Assembly: GCF_001194135.2 (NCBI RefSeq)
Contig: NC_068994.1
Location: 48,800,395-48,864,394 of the forward strand
DNA length: 64,000 bases
Reading direction: 5' to 3'
From: Octopus bimaculoides
Lineage: Eukaryota
Each line of letters begins with the position of its first letter. Positions within the stretch are counted from its first letter, which is position 1. Positions 63,776-64,000 of the stretch are shown one piece after another. The notes under the pieces were generated by a model. That model had not been told where the DNA came from. It did no database searches and worked only from the letters and a program-made list of their open reading frames with translations. The position numbers were made by a program, and so were the translations under genes.

Positions 63776-63962
63776 ATAGTTTATTTAAAGTTTATTTTAT
63801 ATCGCAGTTTCTGAACAAAAACATTGCTTACAGGTTTTCTAATGAGGTCAATCACTGATTTGCAGCATTTCTAATCACAAAAGTAACTAGAGAGTACCTT
63901 CAACTCTGTGGACTTTACTCAATGAACTCTGCTTTTTTGTTGATATTTACATACGTTCTTTG

Positions 63963-64000
<38 letters not shown>

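Overview
This is AT-rich, microsatellite-dense eukaryotic DNA with 11 N-gaps (short-read-type assembly). The SINE families match my recollection of Octopus repeats, so a coleoid cephalopod source is likely but was not checked by search. I found no intact long ORF, rRNA, true tRNA or CRISPR array. Nearly all ORFs in the supplied track are translations of microsatellites, N-runs or degenerate repeats. The window is dominated by at least four dispersed SINE-like families, piggyBac-, hAT- and Tc1/pogo-type MITEs, and relics of a Helitron Pif1-type helicase, a CRE-like non-LTR element, RTE-like LINEs and an LTR-element 3' end. At large scale, two CpG-depleted blocks (about 1-42.5 kb and 53-64 kb; probably methylated gene bodies with long introns) flank a CpG-retaining block (about 42.5-52.7 kb) with promoter-like patches. 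Several short splice-site-bounded candidate exons occur on both strands, but I could not assign them to a known protein and cannot fix the host gene's orientation. The most notable observations are the CpG domain structure, a ready-made cryptic exon in the antisense SINE, a recursive-splice-like site and several fold-back structures.
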